DNA of 64,000 bases. It comes from Macrostomum lignano (Eukaryota). Positions 19,874 to 34,000 of this stretch are shown here, one piece after another. The notes beneath the pieces were generated by a model. It searched no databases and had not been told where the DNA came from. It saw nothing but the letters and a program-made list of their open reading frames with translations. Each line of letters opens with the position of its first letter. The stretch's first letter is position 1. Made by a program: the position numbers and the translations under genes. The stretch is taken from assembly GCA_002269645.1 (NCBI GenBank), contig NIVC01000860.1, forward strand, positions 362,462 through 426,461, written 5' to 3'.

Positions 19874-21839
19874 TCAGTCAGCTCTGCATTGAAAATTCGA
19901 AGCAAAATGATTACAGAAATTCTCGATCCCCATGGCAACACAATTTTTCCTTCTCTGTTCAGCACCGAGGCACCCGGGGCAGCAGAGCGCAGGCCCTGTC
20001 TGCGGCTTCATCTTTGGCTTTGAAGTCAACTGACTCGGCGTTGAAAGTGCCGGAGTCGCCGCCGCCCTGCTCAGCCGCCGCTTCTTCATCGTCGTCTCTG
20101 TCGCCGTCGTCCCAGGCGCCGACACAGGCTGGGGAGCCGCAGGCGCAGATTTTCTGCAGCTGTTCGCGCGACTGGGTGAGTGGGGGAAGAAGAACAAGGG
20201 ATTATTTTTATAGATTTTTTAGAAGTTCTAAAAACTCTGGGGTTCTAAAAAATATGATGGATATTCTAAGAAATGAAAATTGCGATTCTAAGAAATGAAA
20301 TTGCGATTCTAAGAAATGAAATTGCGATTCTAAGAAATGAGATTAGGGTTCTAAGAAATGAAAATTGCGATTCTAAGAAATGAAATTGCGATTCTAAGAA
20401 ATGAAATTGCGATTCTAAGAAATGAAATTGCGATTCTAAGAAATGAAATTGCGATTTCAAGAAATGAGATTAGGGTTCTAAGAAATGAAAATTGCGATTC
20501 TAAGAAATGAAATTGCGATTCTAAGAAATGAAATTGCGATTCTAAGAAATGAGATTAGGGTTCTAAGAAATGAAAATTGCGATTCGAAGAAATGAAATTG
20601 CGATTCTAAGAAATGAAATTGCGATTCTAAGAAATGAAATTGCGATTTCAAGAAATGAGATTAGTGTTCTAAGAAATGAAAGTTGCGATTCTATGAAATG
20701 AAATTGCGATTCTAAGAAATGAAAATTGCGATTCTATGAAATGAAATTGCGATTCTAAGAAATGAAAATTGCGATTCTATGAAATGAAATTGCGATTCTA
20801 AGAAATGAAAATTGCGATTCTATGAAATGAAATTGCGATTCTAAGAAATGAAATTGCGATTCTAAGAAATGAAATTGCGATTCTAAGAAATGAAATTGCG
20901 ATTCTAAGAAATGAAATTGCGATTCTAAGAAATGAAATTGCGATTTCAAGAAATGAGATTAGGGTTCTAAGAAATGAAATTGCGATTCTAAGAAATGAAA
21001 TTGCGATTCTAAGAAATGAAATTGCGATTCTAAGAAATGAAATTGCGATTCTAAGAAATGAAATTGCGATTTCAAGAAATGAGATTAGGGTTCTAAGAAA
21101 TGAGATTGCAATTCTAAGAAATGAAACTGCGATTCTAAGAAATGGAATTGTGAATATAAGAAATAGAAACGCTGTTGTAATTAGCTTGATAGAGATTCCA
21201 AGAAGATATGAAAGAACTAAGATTCGAAACTAAATTCCAAGAAAACCGTTATTAGGATTCTAGAAAGTAAAATAGGTATTTCAAGAAGCAGATTGTACAT
21301 ATTGTACAGATTGTAGAGTGTACATGCCTGACAATTAGGAAGTCAGGGCTGCAGATGTACAGGGGTCAGCGAAATAAGTAAGGGATTAATGGATTCTGAG
21401 AAAGAAGATTTTTTCTAAGAAATCTTCAAAAACCGAAGTAGAATGGATCAGTCAGCATGCGGGAACTCACCATGGGCACCGTGGCCCTGTGAGTGGCTGG
21501 CTGACGATCTCTACGCTGCAGTCGGGCTTCAACCGGAGATGCGGCATCAGCGCCGGGCGCCGCAGCCTCCGTCTTGTCCGGCTCCGCGACGTCCGGAGAT
21601 CCCCACAAACTCAAGCCGATGGGATCTGTACACAAGCTTGGAGCGCTCCATCTTGATTGATGATTCTGACCAGGCAACTGCAGAGGATGCCGCTGGTGCT
21701 GCTGCTGATACTGATGATGCTCGGTGGAGGCTGGATGAATTCGAATACGAAGCTGTTCAACCATTGTGGTTGTGACTGCGGCGGCGGCGGCTGCGGCGGC
21801 CGCTGCATTGGCCGCCGAGGCTGCTGGCTGGCCCGTCAT
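19874..21839 (-). CDS. Putative small uncharacterised protein (about 190 aa). Exons 21839-21471 and 20171-about 19960, possible short terminal exon near 19883
   Basis: GC-rich open frame MTGQPAASAANAAAAAAA...ATVPM, strong donor ATG/GTGAGT, and a pyrimidine-rich acceptor at 20171 continuing in frame SREQLQKICACGSPACVGAWDDGDRDDDEE. The intron is filled by a 21-bp minisatellite. AATAAA near 19818. No family recognised. Confidence 0.45.
20265..21150. repeat. 21-bp minisatellite AAGAAATGAAATTGCGATTCT
   Basis: Tandem units. Confidence 0.95.
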
Positions 21840-21993
21840 CAATCTGCCGCGGGATTCGCTGATGCCGCTGGCTGGCTGCAGGTGACGATGCACTTTTGTT
21901 TTTAATTGACTCCGCACTGGCAATGGAGCTGCTGAGGTGCTGCAGGGGGTAGGCCGGTTTTTATAGCATTCGATGCGAAAAGTTTACATAGAT

Positions 21994-22215
21994 GGATTGC
22001 TAGTCTAGCCAAACTGATGTATTTTCAAGATTTGGGATTTGAAAGAGATGAAGGATTAGGGATTATAATAGTGGATTGCTAGTCTAGCCAAACTGATATA
22101 TTTTCAAGATTTGGGATTTGAAAGAGATGAAGGATTAGGGATTATAATGGTGGATTGCTAGTCTAGCCAAACTGATATATTTTTGAGATTTTGAAATTAA
22201 AAGATGAAGGATTAA
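21994..22215. repeat. 79-bp direct repeat, about 2.7 copies
   Basis: GGATTGCTAGTCTAGCCAAACTGAT starts at 21994, 22073 and 22152. Confidence 0.85.
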
Positions 22216-22729
22216 AAAAGTCTCGTGCAGAACTGATGCGATGAAAAATGATGAAATTAATTTTTATTACTTACAATTTTAAAAGAAAGATGAAGAACTT
22301 AAAATCGCAATTGAGTACTTAGATAACAATAATAATAATAATAGTATTCATATTATTTACCAGTAATGAGTTAAAAGCGCATATGGAACACATTAGACTA
22401 AATTGCTTTTAACTGTACCAGAAAATAGACAAAATTAAACAAATAGAAAACAGGGGACACTAATTTCTGAGAGAAACTTCAAACTCCAGATACATGATAA
22501 CTATTTATAAATATGAAGCCAGACTTAACAAAGGAGAACTCGAGACGGGCTGGAGATAAAAAATGCAAACTGACTTTTTCCCCTCTCACTTTGAGTGCAA
22601 CTCAAACAAGAACGCGCGGCAGCAACCTATGGGTACCGTGGGTACCGCCGTTTCGAAATCAACGCACACTGCTATCTGGAAGGGCGAGTGTGGAAGGGCG
22701 ATTTTGTAAGGGTGATTCTAATAGGGCGA

Positions 22730-23750
22730 TTCTAGACGGGCGATTTTGAAGAGCGATTTTAGAAGAGGAATTCTGGAAGGGCGATTCTGGAAAGGCGATT
22801 CTAGTAGGGCGATTCTGGAAAGGCGATTCTAGAAGGGCGATTCTGGAAAGGCGATTCTAGAAGGGCGATTCTGGAAGGGCGACTCTGGTAAGGCGATTCT
22901 AGAAGGGCGATTCTGGAAGGGCGACTCTGGTAAGGCGATTCTAGAAGGGCGATTCTAGAAGGGCGACTCTGGTAAGGCGATTCTAGAGGGGTAATTCTGG
23001 AAGGGCGACTCTGGTAAGGCGATTCTAGAGGGGCGATTCTGGAAGGGCGACTCTGGTAAGGCGATTCTAGAAGGGCGATTCTGGAAGGGCGACTCTGGTA
23101 AGGCGATTCTAGAAGGGCGATTCTAGAAGGGCGACTCTGGTAAGGCGATTCTAGAAGGGCGATTTTGGAAGGGCGACTCTGGTAAGGCGATTCTAGAAGG
23201 GCGATTCTAGAAGGGCGACTCTGGTAAGGCGATTCTAGAGGGGTAATTCTGGAAGGGCGACTCTGGTAAGGCGATTCTAGAGGGGCGATTCTGGAAGGGC
23301 GACTCTGGTAAGGCGATTCTAGAAGGGCGATTCTGGAAGGGCGACTCTGGTAAGGCGATTCTAGAAGGGCGATTCTAGAAGGGCGACTCTGGTAAGGCGA
23401 TTCTAGAAGGGCGATTCTGGAAGGGCGACTCTGGTAAGGCGATTCTAGAAGGGCGATTCTAGAAGGGCGACTCTGGTAAGGCGATTCTAGAAGGGCGATT
23501 CTGGAAGGGCGACTCTGGTAAGGCGATTCTAGAAGGGCGATTCTAGAAGGGCGACTCTGGTAAGGCGATTCTAGAGGGGTAATTCTGGAAGGGCGACTCT
23601 GGTAAGGCGATTCTAGAGGGGTAATTCTGGAAGGGCGACTCTGGTAAGGCGATTCTAGAAGGGCGATTCTGGAAGGGCGACTCTGGTAAGGCGATTCTAG
23701 AAGGGCGATTCTAGAAGGGCGATTCTAGTAGGGCGATTCTGAAAAGGCGA
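22730..23750. repeat. 14-bp minisatellite GAAGGGCGATTCTA with about 42-bp higher-order period
   Basis: Tandem units. Confidence 0.94.
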
Positions 23751-24244
23751 TCCTATAAAAACTTTTATACCGAGAAAACCAATTGCAAGTGCAATATAAG
23801 TGGCTAGAAGGGTCAAGCAGACAACACGCACGCATCACGAGCTATAAAAAAATGCCCACATATATTGAAAAATAGGGACACGGTTAGATTAAAAAGACAC
23901 AAATTGTTGACACATACTAAAGTGAGGGCGCACGGCCCTTCATAAGGGTAGAAAACGAGAAAAAATGAACCATAAGCAAACGTGGCTTACACACAAAAAG
24001 ACACACTGCAGAGAGTGCAGCCGATCAACGCATTTATAAAAGCTGCCAAATGGACAATTTAAGATGAATTGGAGACACCCTGTTTTTATAACAAAAATAA
24101 TATTATTACAATAGTAAATTGAGAGCATTTGCATATACACACACGGGGCATTGATAAAAATGCTTAGAACAAAAAACTTTATTAATTTTCAATACTACCG
24201 CAGTTGCTATCGAAAATTATCATAGCAGTTACTACAGCTGGATA

Positions 24245-24860
24245 TAAAACTACCGCAGTTGGATTCAAATCTACCGCAATTGGATTCAAATCTACCGCAA
24301 CTGGATTCAAATCTACCGCAACTGGATTCAAATCTACCGCAACTGGATTCAAATATACCGCAATTGGATTCAAATCTACCGCAGTCGGATTCAAATCTAC
24401 CGCAATTGGATTCAAATCTACCGCAATTGGATTCAAATCTACCGCAGTTGGATTCAAATCTACTGCAGTTGGATTCAAATCTACCGCAGTTGGATTCAAA
24501 TCTACCGCAACTGAATTCAAATCTACCGCAATTGGATTCAAATCTACCGCAGTTGGATTCAAATCTACCGAAGTTGGATTCAAATCTACCGCAGTTGGAT
24601 TTAAATCTACCGCAACTGCATTCAAATCTACCGAAGTTGGATTCAAATCTACCGCAATTGGATTCAAATCTACCGCAATTGGATTCAAATCTACCGCAAT
24701 TGGATTCAAATCTACCGCAATTGGATTCAAATCTACCGTAGTCGGATTCAAATCTACCGCAATTGGATTCAAATCTACCGCAATTGGATTCAAATCTACC
24801 GCAGTTGGATTCAAATCTACTGCAGTTGGATTCAAATCTACCGCCAGTTGGATTCAAATA
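24245..24860. repeat. 21-bp minisatellite GCAGTTGGATTCAAATCTACC
   Basis: Tandem units; the stop-free unit gives ORFs in most frames. Confidence 0.94.
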
Positions 24861-25035
24861 CACCGCAGTTATTTTCGCCCAGATTTGGCCCTATGCAGAT
24901 GGATTCAAATCAATCGCGGCTAATTTCAAAACTACATCAGTTAGACTCAAAACTACCGGAAATAAGTCTAAAACTACCTCGATGGGATTCAAAGCTGCCG
25001 CAGTTATCTGCGCCGTGACTTGGCCACCGATCAGC

Positions 25036-28000
25036 TCAGTTACGCCGCGACAAAGCTTCGATTGATCGCGACTTGGCGGCTCGGCTCAACCGTCCGCTGC
25101 TGACGCCACTGCCGCTGCCGCTCCCAGGAGTCGGGGTTGTCGACAAAGTCGACGGCGAAGCGACGGCAACGGCTAGGCCGCGTCGGCGCTTCTTCGGCGA
25201 CGGCGACGGAGCCGGCGACGAGGCCTCCTGAGACGCGGCCGACGATTCGTCGGTTGGCGAAACCATCGCAACTGCGCGACGCTTTCGACTAATTACTGTC
25301 GCCTTTGATGTTGCCGCCTTTGACGCCGCCGTCTTTGAAGGCACCGCCTTTGTGTTTGCCGCTTTTGGAGCTACCGCTTTTGAAGCTGCCGCCTTAGAGA
25401 TTGGTCGACTTTTTGCGCCCCTGCGTCGACCAACAGGCGACGGCGATGGCGATGGCGAAGGCGAAGGTGTTGGCGATGGCGACGACGACTTTGTAATAGT
25501 CTTTGTCGCTGATGGCCTAGTCTTTGTAGCAGTCTTTGTTGCGGCGGCTTTTTTAATTTTGCCGGCTTGGACGGCGGCCGAGCGGCCATTCTGAGAGGCG
25601 GCGGCGCCTCGCTGCTGCGCCTGCTTTTTCTTTGTAGCAGCAGAAGTAGCAGAAGCAACTGGCGACTCAGTAGAAGTGGTCGCTGACTTCAACGGCGATT
25701 TTATTGGCGATTTTGCTGGCGGATTTTTGGCCACCGTTGAAGGCTGCTGCTCGTCGCGCTTGCTTTGCTAGATAAAAAACAATTAATAGATTGAGAATGT
25801 TAAAAAAACGTTAAAAATTATTTTAAGCTACTAATAGTAGTGCTAGGTCAACAAAGTTTTTTAGTTTGTGTAATCAGCCTTTAGAAAAAAAATTTATTAA
25901 AGCTTTCCAGAATCAAAACCGGGAGAAATTACCTGAGAGAGTGGCTTAGTAGAAGTCGGCGATGTACTTCTATTAGCCGAAAGGGACACCTGGACGGCCG
26001 GTGTACTTTTAGCAGCCGGCGCCGACGGAGGCGATTTGGCCATAGTTGAAATGTTGCTAAGATTGGCAGCGTTAGCGGCTGCAGCGGCAGCGGCGGCCCT
26101 TTTACCCAATCGGACTCGGTCCTTCGGTATGAGGCCCTGCTGAATTGCGGCTGGATTCTTGGGTGGGCTGAACTGCACACCGGCTGGCAGGCTGGCGAAT
26201 TCCGCTGCCACTGTGGCCTCCCGGTTAGCCGGCAGTAGGAACAGGCGCTTAGGCAGTTGAGGCTCGATAGGATAGTTTGAGATGGAGAAATTTGTACTTT
26301 TAGTCACTATGAGGCCGAGCGCCAGGTCGCAGACTGCGTGCAACTTTTTATTAGCCAATTCGTCGTCTGGGCGTTGGGCGTCGCGAGCGAGTCGCATGGT
26401 CTCCAGCATTCGGCGTAGGAAGCCGAAGTTCTCACCTTTGGCAATCAGCGGCTCCAGGAGGAAGCGGAGGCCGCTCTTTAGTCTGCGGGATTGGTGGCAG
26501 CAGATTGGGGGCATTAATAAGGGCGAGGTAGGGGTGAGATATATAATAAAACGGTGAGAGAGGGAAGACAGGGGTGAGATATATACGAAAACAATGAGAT
26601 AGAGGGGAGAAAGGGGTGAGATATATAAGAAAACGGTGAGATAGAGGGAAGACAGGGGTGAGATAGAGGGGAGACAGGGGTGAGATAGAGGGAAGACAGG
26701 GGTGAGATAGAGGGGAGACAGGGGTGAGATATATAAGAAAACGGTGAGATAGAGGGGAGACAGGGGTGAGATAGAGGGGAGACAGGGGTGAGATAGAGGG
26801 AAGACAGGGGTGAGATAGAGGGGAGACAGGGGTGAGATAGAGGGAAGACAGGGGTGAGATAGAGGGGAGACAGGGGTGAGATAGAGGGGAGACAGGGGTG
26901 AGATAGAGAGGAGACAGGGTGAGATAGAGGGGAGACAGGGGTGAGATAGAGGGGAGACAGGGGTGAGATAGAGGGGAGACAGGGGTGAGATAGAGGGGAG
27001 ACAGGGGTGAGATAGAGGGGAGACAGGGGTGAGATAGAGGAGAGACAGGGGTGAGATAGAGGGGAGACAGGGGTAAGATAGAGGGGCGAAAAGGGGTAAG
27101 ACAGCATAGAAAAGATGGCTTATAGGTTAGTGAAACTCACCTAGCCAATTGTTTGGCATCCTTTGGCGACTCGAACTCGGGATCATTGGCCAGCAGGTGC
27201 ACGGCATAAGGCAGAGTGTAGTCTGGCAGCACGGCAAAGAATGTAACCCGATCGTTGGCAATGACGGACTGCTTGCTGGCCAGGTACTCCCTGCGGGCGG
27301 CCACGCAGCGGCTGTAGTAGGTGCGCGCAGTCTGCAGCAGCTCCTTGTCCTCGGCGGCCTCGGGCACGTAGGCGAACATCGCCATGAACTGCAGGGGCAG
27401 CTTGAACTTCACCAGGCCTCGGTGCAGCTTGCCTGGGAATGAGATGGGATCAGAGTCATCCAGCATTGAAGCAGCTCCCACTATAATAAAAGCAGAAGAC
27501 TCACCCAGCATTGAAGCCGCAATAAAAGCAGAAGACTCATACAGCATTGAAGCCACAAAAAAGCAGAAGACTTACCCAGCATTGAAGCCAATTCCTAACC
27601 AACAATAAAAGCAGAAGAGTCACCCAGCATTGAAGCCACAAAAAAGCAGAAGACTCACCCAGCATTGAAGCCACAAAAAAGCAGAAGACTCACCCAGCAT
27701 TGAAGCCACAAAAAACCAGAACACTCATCCAGCATTGAAGCCACAAAAAAGCAGAAGACTCACCCAGCATTGAAGCCACAATAAAAGCAGAAGACTCACC
27801 CAGCATTGAAGCCACAATAAAAGCAGAAGACTCACCCAGAATTGAAGCCACAATAAAAGCAGAAGACTCACCCAGCATTGAAGCCACAATAAAAGCAGAA
27901 GACTCACCCAGCATTTAAGCTACAATAAAAGCAGAAGACTCACCCAGCATTGAAGCTACTCCCCACCCAACAACAAAAGCAGAAGACTCACCCAGCACAG

Positions 28001-31000
28001 CATGCCGCACCTCCTTGCACGGGTCGCAGACGGTCAAGGCCAGAGTTTGGAATCGCTCGCAGTCCAAGAGCGGCACCAAAGCTTGGCGTTTGCAAACGCG
28101 CAGCAGCGCTTTGGCCGCGCAGACTCGCATCTGCGCCATCTCGCCAGCTTCCAACTTGGCGCCTTTGCCCGAAGAAGAAGAAGAAGACGGATTGCCGTCG
28201 TACAGAATGATCTGGTGGAACAGGTCCACAATGGATTGGGCCGTATCGGAGGTGCAGTCGGCGGCAGCGGACGATGAGGCAGCGGAAGCTGAGGCCAGCC
28301 CGATCAGGTAGTGACAGAGGCAGCGTATGCTGGCCAATTTCACCTGGGCAAGATGCGACAAAGACTCAGTAGGGCTCCAACGGCTCAAGTCTCTGGCTGA
28401 ACTGGCAGCTGTCGATTTGCTGCGACTACCAGCAGCTGCGGCGCCTCCAGCGGATGATGAAGGAGCTTGCCGGACGAATTCGGGCAACCGCTTGGCGACA
28501 AGATTGGCTACTTTGGATTGGTACTTGAGGGCGCTCTGTTTCAGAATCTGTGGGGATTCGTTGTTGAATGAGAGGACTATGAGACTGGGGTGACAATAGG
28601 GGTGAGACTGGATGATGAGATTAGGGTGAGATTGGATGATGAGATTAGGGGTGAGACTGGATGATGAGATTAGGGGTGAGACTGGATGATGAGACTAGGG
28701 GTGAGACTGGGGGCAACATCAGTGAGATTGGATGATGAGACTAGGGGTAAAACTAGGGGTGAGACTGGAGGTTAGGCTAGGGATGAGACTGGAGATGAGA
28801 CTGGATGATGAGACTAGAGATGAGACTGGATGATGAGACTAGAGATGAGACTGGATGATGAGACTGGAGATGAGACTGGATGATGAGACTAGAGATGAGA
28901 CTGGATGATGAGACTAGAGGTGAGACTGGATGATGAGACTAGAGGTGAGACTGGATGATGAGACTAGAGCTGAGACTGGAGGTGAGACTGGATGATGAGA
29001 CTAGATATTACGAGACTAGGATAGAACTGACCGGTGATACTAGAAGCGCCCTCCCCAGCAGACAATTAAAAAAGGCCAGAGTCAGACCTGTCCCAGAGCA
29101 TCCAGCCTGGGCACGCAGAGTTCGCTGCCGGAGCTAATCTTGACGGCATCGGCCACCAGGCTGTCCAGCTCGCCGGCAATCTGCGGCGCCAGATCCGTTG
29201 CCTGCAGCGCTGTCAGACACTTGGCCGCCACTTTGGCAAGCGACGAGCACGACGCCGAAGTTTTGGCGACGTCGCAGATTCGACGAAGACGCGGCACGAC
29301 AGCATCGATGGCTTCTTGTCGATCTTCGGTGAACAGCGGCGTCAAATTCAACAGCAGGCGAAGACAGACCTCGGCGGTGTCCATCTCCATGGACTCGTCG
29401 CCCAGGCATTCGACAACGTAGTCGAAGGTGTCGTCTAAATCGACAGTGTGCCTCAGATAGAAGCTGAGCATGTTGAGCAGCAGCAGGCCCTTGTGCTGGG
29501 TGACTTCGCACGCTTCGCCGGGCAAAATGTTGGCCGGGTCTTCGCGGCCGCTGATTAGCAGGTTCACCAGGCTGGTGACGGATTCGCGGTCGAATAGCAC
29601 CGGGCCAACTCGTTCTAGCAGAGTCTTCACCGTGATGCGATAGTTGATGGCGTTCTCCGTCTCTTTAGCCTGGGAGTGGTTTCAGAGCAAATAGAGTGCG
29701 TCTTCAATGCTGCACAGCAACGGGGATTCGCCTTGGATACAACCTTGGTGAACGGGGGATTCCCCTTGGATACAACCTTGGGAGACGGAGATTCCTCTTG
29801 GATAGGACCTTGGAAAACGGGGATTCCCCTTTGATAGGACCTTGAAAGACGGGGATTCCCCTTGGATACAACCTTGGAAGACCGGATCCATCTTGGATAG
29901 GACCTTGAAAGACGGGGATTCCCCTTGGATAGGACCTTGAAAGATGGGGATTCCCCTTGGATACAACCTTGGAAGACCGGATCCATCTTGGATAGGACCT
30001 TGAAAGACGGGGATTCCCCTTGGATACAACCTTGGAAGACCGGATCCATCTTGGATAGGACCTTGAAAGACGGGGATTCCCCTTGGATAGGACCTTGAAA
30101 GACGGGGATTCCCCTTGGATACAACCTTGGAAGACGGGATCCCTCTTGGATAGGACCTTGGAAAACGAGGGATCCTCTTGGATAGGATAGAACCTTGGAA
30201 AAAGGATTCCCTTTGAAAACAATCAATAAAAACGGGAATTTTCTTTCGATATACCTTGAAAAACGGGGATTCCCTTTGGATACTACTTTGGAAGACAGGG
30301 ATTCCTCTTGGATAAACCGTGGAAAAACGGAGATTCCCCTTGGCTGCGACTTTGGAAAACGGGGTTTCCATTTTGATGCGACCTTCAAAGCTACAGATGA
30401 AAACTTGATCATGACGGGAAGTCCCCTTAAATATAAAACCAATGCGCACCTTCTTGCCAATATGAAGAGCCTGATCGTGGCTAGCCAGCAGGCTTCGCAG
30501 CAGTTCCGCAGCCTTGTCGCACGGACAATCCTTGGACAGAATTTTGGTTAACAGCTGGCGCATCGGCTTCTCGCGGTGTAGAAAATTGAAGAATTTGCGC
30601 AAATACTCGTTGGCCCGTTCGGCGTGTTGGAAATAAATAGACAGAGATCGAAGCTTAGCCATGATGACGGACTCGGATTCTGGAGACAGTTTATCTGGCT
30701 CGGCCGAGATTATCTCTAGGATGGCGCTGGTCAGCTGGGTCACGTGATACTGCGTCTTCAGCATCTCCACTAGTGCCTGCATCGGAAATAATATTGAATA
30801 TTCGTATTAGAGACAAAAGAATACTTCGCTTTTATTACTCATAGTAGTATCCAGCCAAAGCTTATATTTAGTTTATTATTAAGGAGCCTCATAGGGCAAT
30901 TGAACACATTAAGAAATTAGGCCTGTTAGTTCAATTAGGCATCCAATGGAACCAATTGGGCATTCTATGGACACAATTTCGGCACCACATAGACACATTT

Positions 31001-34000
31001 GGGCATCCTATAGACATTCAAGCGCACCATAGACACATTTGGGCATCCTATAGATATTCAGGCACACCATAGACACATTTGGGCACCCTATAGACATACA
31101 TGTATTTTAAGGCACCCGATAGACATTTTTAGGCACCCTATAGACATATTTTTAGGCACTTTATAGACACATTTGGGCACTCTATAGACACATTTAGGCA
31201 CACCAGACACATTTGGACACCTTAGAAACACATTTTTAGGCACACTATAGACACATTTGGGCACCCTATAGACCCTATAGACACATAGTTAAGTCGTGGA
31301 CCCATTTTAGCCCCATATAAAAGTTACTCCCCCACTACGGACCCCAATAAGACCCACCGAAGTGATTATAAATCAAAAGCATAGCAATTTCTAAAACAAC
31401 TCATCCAGACCTTAGTAGACGGATTGCTAAACGAGCAGAAGCAGCGCAGCAGGGCTCGCATCCGATCTTTTGAACCCAGACTGTAGGGCACCAATGAGGC
31501 CTTGAAGTGCCGTTCCACTGCTATGCGATCCCAGTTGCTCTCCTAGAAGGCAGGCGACATGTTTAAAAACGATAAATTATATTATTTTCGATACATATCG
31601 GCAACGTTTTTTATTTACTTATCTTAAAGCCTTTTACTATTTTACATTACTCAAATCTCAACTTTTTAATCTCTATTCACTATAGTCATACACATTTTCT
31701 CGTAAATCTATCACAATAAATCCAATTACAAAAATTTCTTTTTTTGATGCTTTAACTCCATCATAGGGATACAGAACTATTTCACTAATCCCAATAATCC
31801 CACTAAGTTCCCCGCCGAAGTCAAATTATCTCACCTCAGAAATCCCACCATCTCCACGCCCCTTAATCCCATCTCCCTAATTCCCACACCCCTATTTCTA
31901 TCTTCTTAATCCTATTTACCTATTCCTATCTTCCTAATACCATCTTCTTAACCGAATATACATAATGCCATCTCGCAAATCCAATCTCCCTAATCGCATC
32001 TTGCAAATCTAATCCCCCTAATCACATCTCGCAAATCCCATCTTCCTAATCACATCTCGCAAATCCCATCTTCCAAATCACATCTCGCTAATCCATTTCC
32101 CTAATCACATCACGCAAATCCAATCTCCCTAATCACATCTCGCAAATCCCATCTTCCTAATCACATCTCGCAAATCCCATCTTCCTAATCACATCTCGCT
32201 AATCCATTTCCCTAATCACATCACGCAAATCCAATCTCCCTAATCACATCTCGCAAATCCCATCTTCCAAATCACATCTCGCTAATCCATTTCCCTAATC
32301 ACATCTCGCTAATCCATTTCCCTAATCACATCTCGCAAATCCCATTTCCCTAATCACATCACGCAAATCCAATCTCCCTAATCACATCTCACAAATCCCA
32401 TCTTCCTAATCACATCTCGCAAATCCCATCTTCCTAATCACATCTCGCTAATCCATTTCCCTAATCACATCTCGCAAATCACATCTCGCAAATCCCATCT
32501 CCCTAATCGCATCTCGCTAATCACATCTGGCTAATTCCATCTCCCTAATCACATCTCCTTAATCACATCTCCTTAATCACATCTCACAAATCCCATCTTC
32601 CTAATCACATCTCGCAAATCCCATCTTCCTAATCACATCTCGCTAATCCATTTCCCTAATCACATCTCGCAAATCCCATCTCCCTAATCGCATCTCGCTA
32701 ATCACATCTGGCTAATTCCATCTCCCTAATCACATCTCCTTAATCACATCTCCTTAATCACATCTCGAAAATCCCATCTCCATAATTCCCAAACCCCTAT
32801 TCCTATCTTCCTAATCCAAAGCAATCTAATCTCTTACCTGGAAGTACATGTGCATGATAGCATTAACGCACTGGGACAGCCTAGACCACACAGTTTTATT
32901 GCCAGACTTAATCAAATCAGCATTCATAATGTAGGTTTTATAGATGCTGGCGAGGCTGGTAAGGGCAGCCCGGCGCACGCCTTGGTCTTTGTCGCGAGAC
33001 CGATCAATTAAAATCGATAGATAGTCCTCCGGCAGGGACTCCAGCTCCTGCTTGGCCAGTTCAACTACTTGTCCAATCACGCAGTCCCTGATGTCCACGT
33101 GGGCGTCAATACTTCGACCGCGGAGCAGCGCAACCAGGGTGTCACGCAGGTCGGGATTCGTTCGCAGCAGCTGAGGGACGGAGGCCACGCAGATTCGCCT
33201 GACCTCCAAGCTGACGTCAACAAATCTACCGATGAAAGCTTTCCACAGATCCGGCTGAAGCTGCACCAGATTGCCGGTGGTCTCGCTGAATAGCTTCGCC
33301 ATAAGTCGGCAGGCCCGCTTCCGTTCGCGCTCGTGATTTGACAGCAGCTTCAGCTCAAGCATGGGCAGCACGGGACTCACGAACACGTGATCAATCTTGT
33401 GCAGCTCATAGATTAATGAGAATACTAATTCGTCTCTGATGCCAGACTGTTGAGACTTGAGCTGCGGCTGCTCATCGGAGTCCTCGGACGAGAGCACGAG
33501 CATATCCTGCAGCATCTGGTGAATCATCTGATCCAGGTGCTTCACAGTTTCCTGCACAATGATAAGTAAGGGTAGGTAAGTAGTAGATTGTGAAACAAGC
33601 TGGTTGGCAACCAACATTTACTTGCCAGGGGCATTAAAACTTGTTGGCAGGGAACCAAAACCGGTTCCCGTTGCCAGGGCGATTTAAACTCGTAGCCAAT
33701 GACACTAGAACCAGTTGCTAATGACACTAGAACCAGTTGCTAATGACACTAGAACCAGTTGCTAATGACACTAGAACCAGTTGCTAATGACACTAGAACC
33801 GGTTGCTAATGACACTAGAGCCGGTTGCTAATGACACTAGAACCGGTTGCTAATGACACTAGAGCCGGTTGCTAATGACACTAGAACCAGTTGCTAATGA
33901 CACTACAATCGGTTGCTAATGACACTAGAACCAGTTGCTAATGCCACTAGAACCGGTTGCTAATGACACTAGAACCGGTTGCTAATGACACTAGAGCCGG

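Noticed and set aside
18819-19892. Long ORFs of SVCL/RQTD repeats (also 1164-1497 and 55536-56028)
   Set aside because: These are translations of (GACA)n microsatellites.
24182-24923. Overlapping 160-240 aa ORFs in five frames
   Set aside because: Artefact of a stop-free 21-bp repeat; no frame preference.
29627-30460. Read-through of PDS5 exon 5 into a long repeat ORF (366 aa)
   Set aside because: A donor at 30449 and acceptor at 29670 restore PDS5 homology; the extension is intronic 33-bp repeat.
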